Shown piece by piece: positions 63,183 through 64,000 of a stretch of 64,000 nt of DNA. Position numbers and translations under genes: made by a program. The notes under the pieces were generated by a model. That model saw nothing but the letters and a program-made list of their open reading frames with translations. It did no database searches and was not told the DNA's origin. The DNA is taken from the NCBI GenBank assembly GCA_963827275.1, contig CAWHAA010000004.1:608001-672000 (forward strand). Direction: 5' to 3'. Position 1 is the stretch's first letter; every line of letters starts with the position of its first letter. This DNA comes from an uncultured Spirochaetota bacterium (GTDB lineage Bacteria; Spirochaetota; UBA4802; UBA5550).

Positions 63183-64000
63183 GTGTTTCAATCACAAGAC
63201 ATATCCTTCTATATCATATCCCTCGGCTGTTCAAAAAACCAGGTTGATTCAGAGCGCATTAATGGCGCGCTCATCTCCTCCGGATACTGTGCGGCCGGGT
63301 CGTCCGAACAGGCGGACATCATCATCATAAACACCTGCGGGTTCATCACCGAGGCAAAGGAAGAGTCGATCGCGATGATTTTTGATGCAGTTGAACAGCA
63401 GAAATCGTCACGGGGAAAAAACATGAAGCCGTTCCGGCAGGAAGCCAGGGTCCTGGCCCGCGATTTCGGCCGCAGGGTGGTTGTCGCCGGGTGCCTCTCC
63501 CAGCGCTACCCGGATGCGCTGGAGTCGGAGATCCCTGAAATCGATTTTCTCCTCGGCGTTCCCGACGACAGGTTCGTGGAGCGGCTGAGTGAAAAGTTCC
63601 ATGTTTCAGCGGTGCGCCCGGCGCTTCAACGGGCGCCGCTCCTGCCGGGGCTCTCCTATGCCTATATCAAGATAGCGGATGGCTGCTCGCACAACTGCTC
63701 CTACTGCGCGATCCCGCTTATTCGCGGTCCCCACGAGTCGTTCCCGCCGGAAATGATACTCGCGGACGTCCGCGCCGAGGCGGAGCGCGGCGCCAGGGAG
63801 CTCGTGATCGTGGCGCAGGACATTGCCGCCTACCGGTGGGGGGATACGGGACTGCCGGAGCTCGCGGGCGCGATATGCCGCGTCCCCGGCGTCGAGTGGG
63901 TCCGCCTCATGTACTGCCATCCCGATCATCTTGACGATGGCATCATTTCCATCCTGGAGCGGGAGGAGAAGGTCGTGCCCTATATCGACATACCCTTCCA
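63183..64000 (+). CDS. rimO: Ribosomal protein S12 methylthiotransferase (runs off the window end)
   Basis: 'ISLGCSKNQVDSE', 'INTCGFI', 'GCLSQRY', radical-SAM 'GCSHNCSYCAIP'. Confidence 0.93.
   Translation, partial: MFQSQDISFYIISLGCSKNQVDSERINGALISSGYCAAGSSEQADIIIINTCGFITEAKEESIAMIFDAVEQQKSSRGKNMKPFRQEARVLARDFGRRVVVAGCLSQRYPDALESEIPEIDFLLGVPDDRFVERLSEKFHVSAVRPALQRAPLLPGLSYAYIKIADGCSHNCSYCAIPLIRGPHESFPPEMILADVRAEAERGARELVIVAQDIAAYRWGDTGLPELAGAICRVPGVEWVRLMYCHPDHLDDGIISILEREEKVVPYIDIPF

Overview
GC-rich chromosomal segment that, from its gene set and order, most likely comes from a spirochaete related to the Leptospira lineage (fliL-fliY-fliOPQR-flhBAF-fleN-fliA with no fliM, LipL71-like LysM lipoprotein, DUF1564-like gene). 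Most of the window is housekeeping: flagellar export and chemotaxis genes, yicC-remA-gmk-rpoZ-miaA-hfq, bS22, flgM with a sigma28 promoter, tgt, ispG, pdxA, dus, lolA-rodZ-rimO and two tRNAs. About ten genes carry single-base frameshifts, which look like read or assembly errors. Two things stand out. (1) An AT-rich island at about 31.55-37.5 kb between fkpA and tgt. It holds a REP-associated tyrosine transposase flanked by tandem half-REP arrays that end in a full GTAG-footed palindrome, a toxin-antitoxin-like pair bracketed by REP-arm direct repeats, a (CTTCGGA)12 microsatellite, a chimeric InlB-B-repeat/NHL surface lipoprotein and a HEPN-motif protein. (2) A second, unexplained repeat system built on the near-perfect palindrome ACCGATAGTTATCGGT. 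It forms 42-43 bp-period arrays with a GGGGTCAGAGC co-motif, one intergenic and one inserted in frame in a ferredoxin gene. Its core also occurs as ten dispersed sites in a 5.8 kb zone centred on a DUF1564-like, putative double ribbon-helix-helix gene that contains a site itself.
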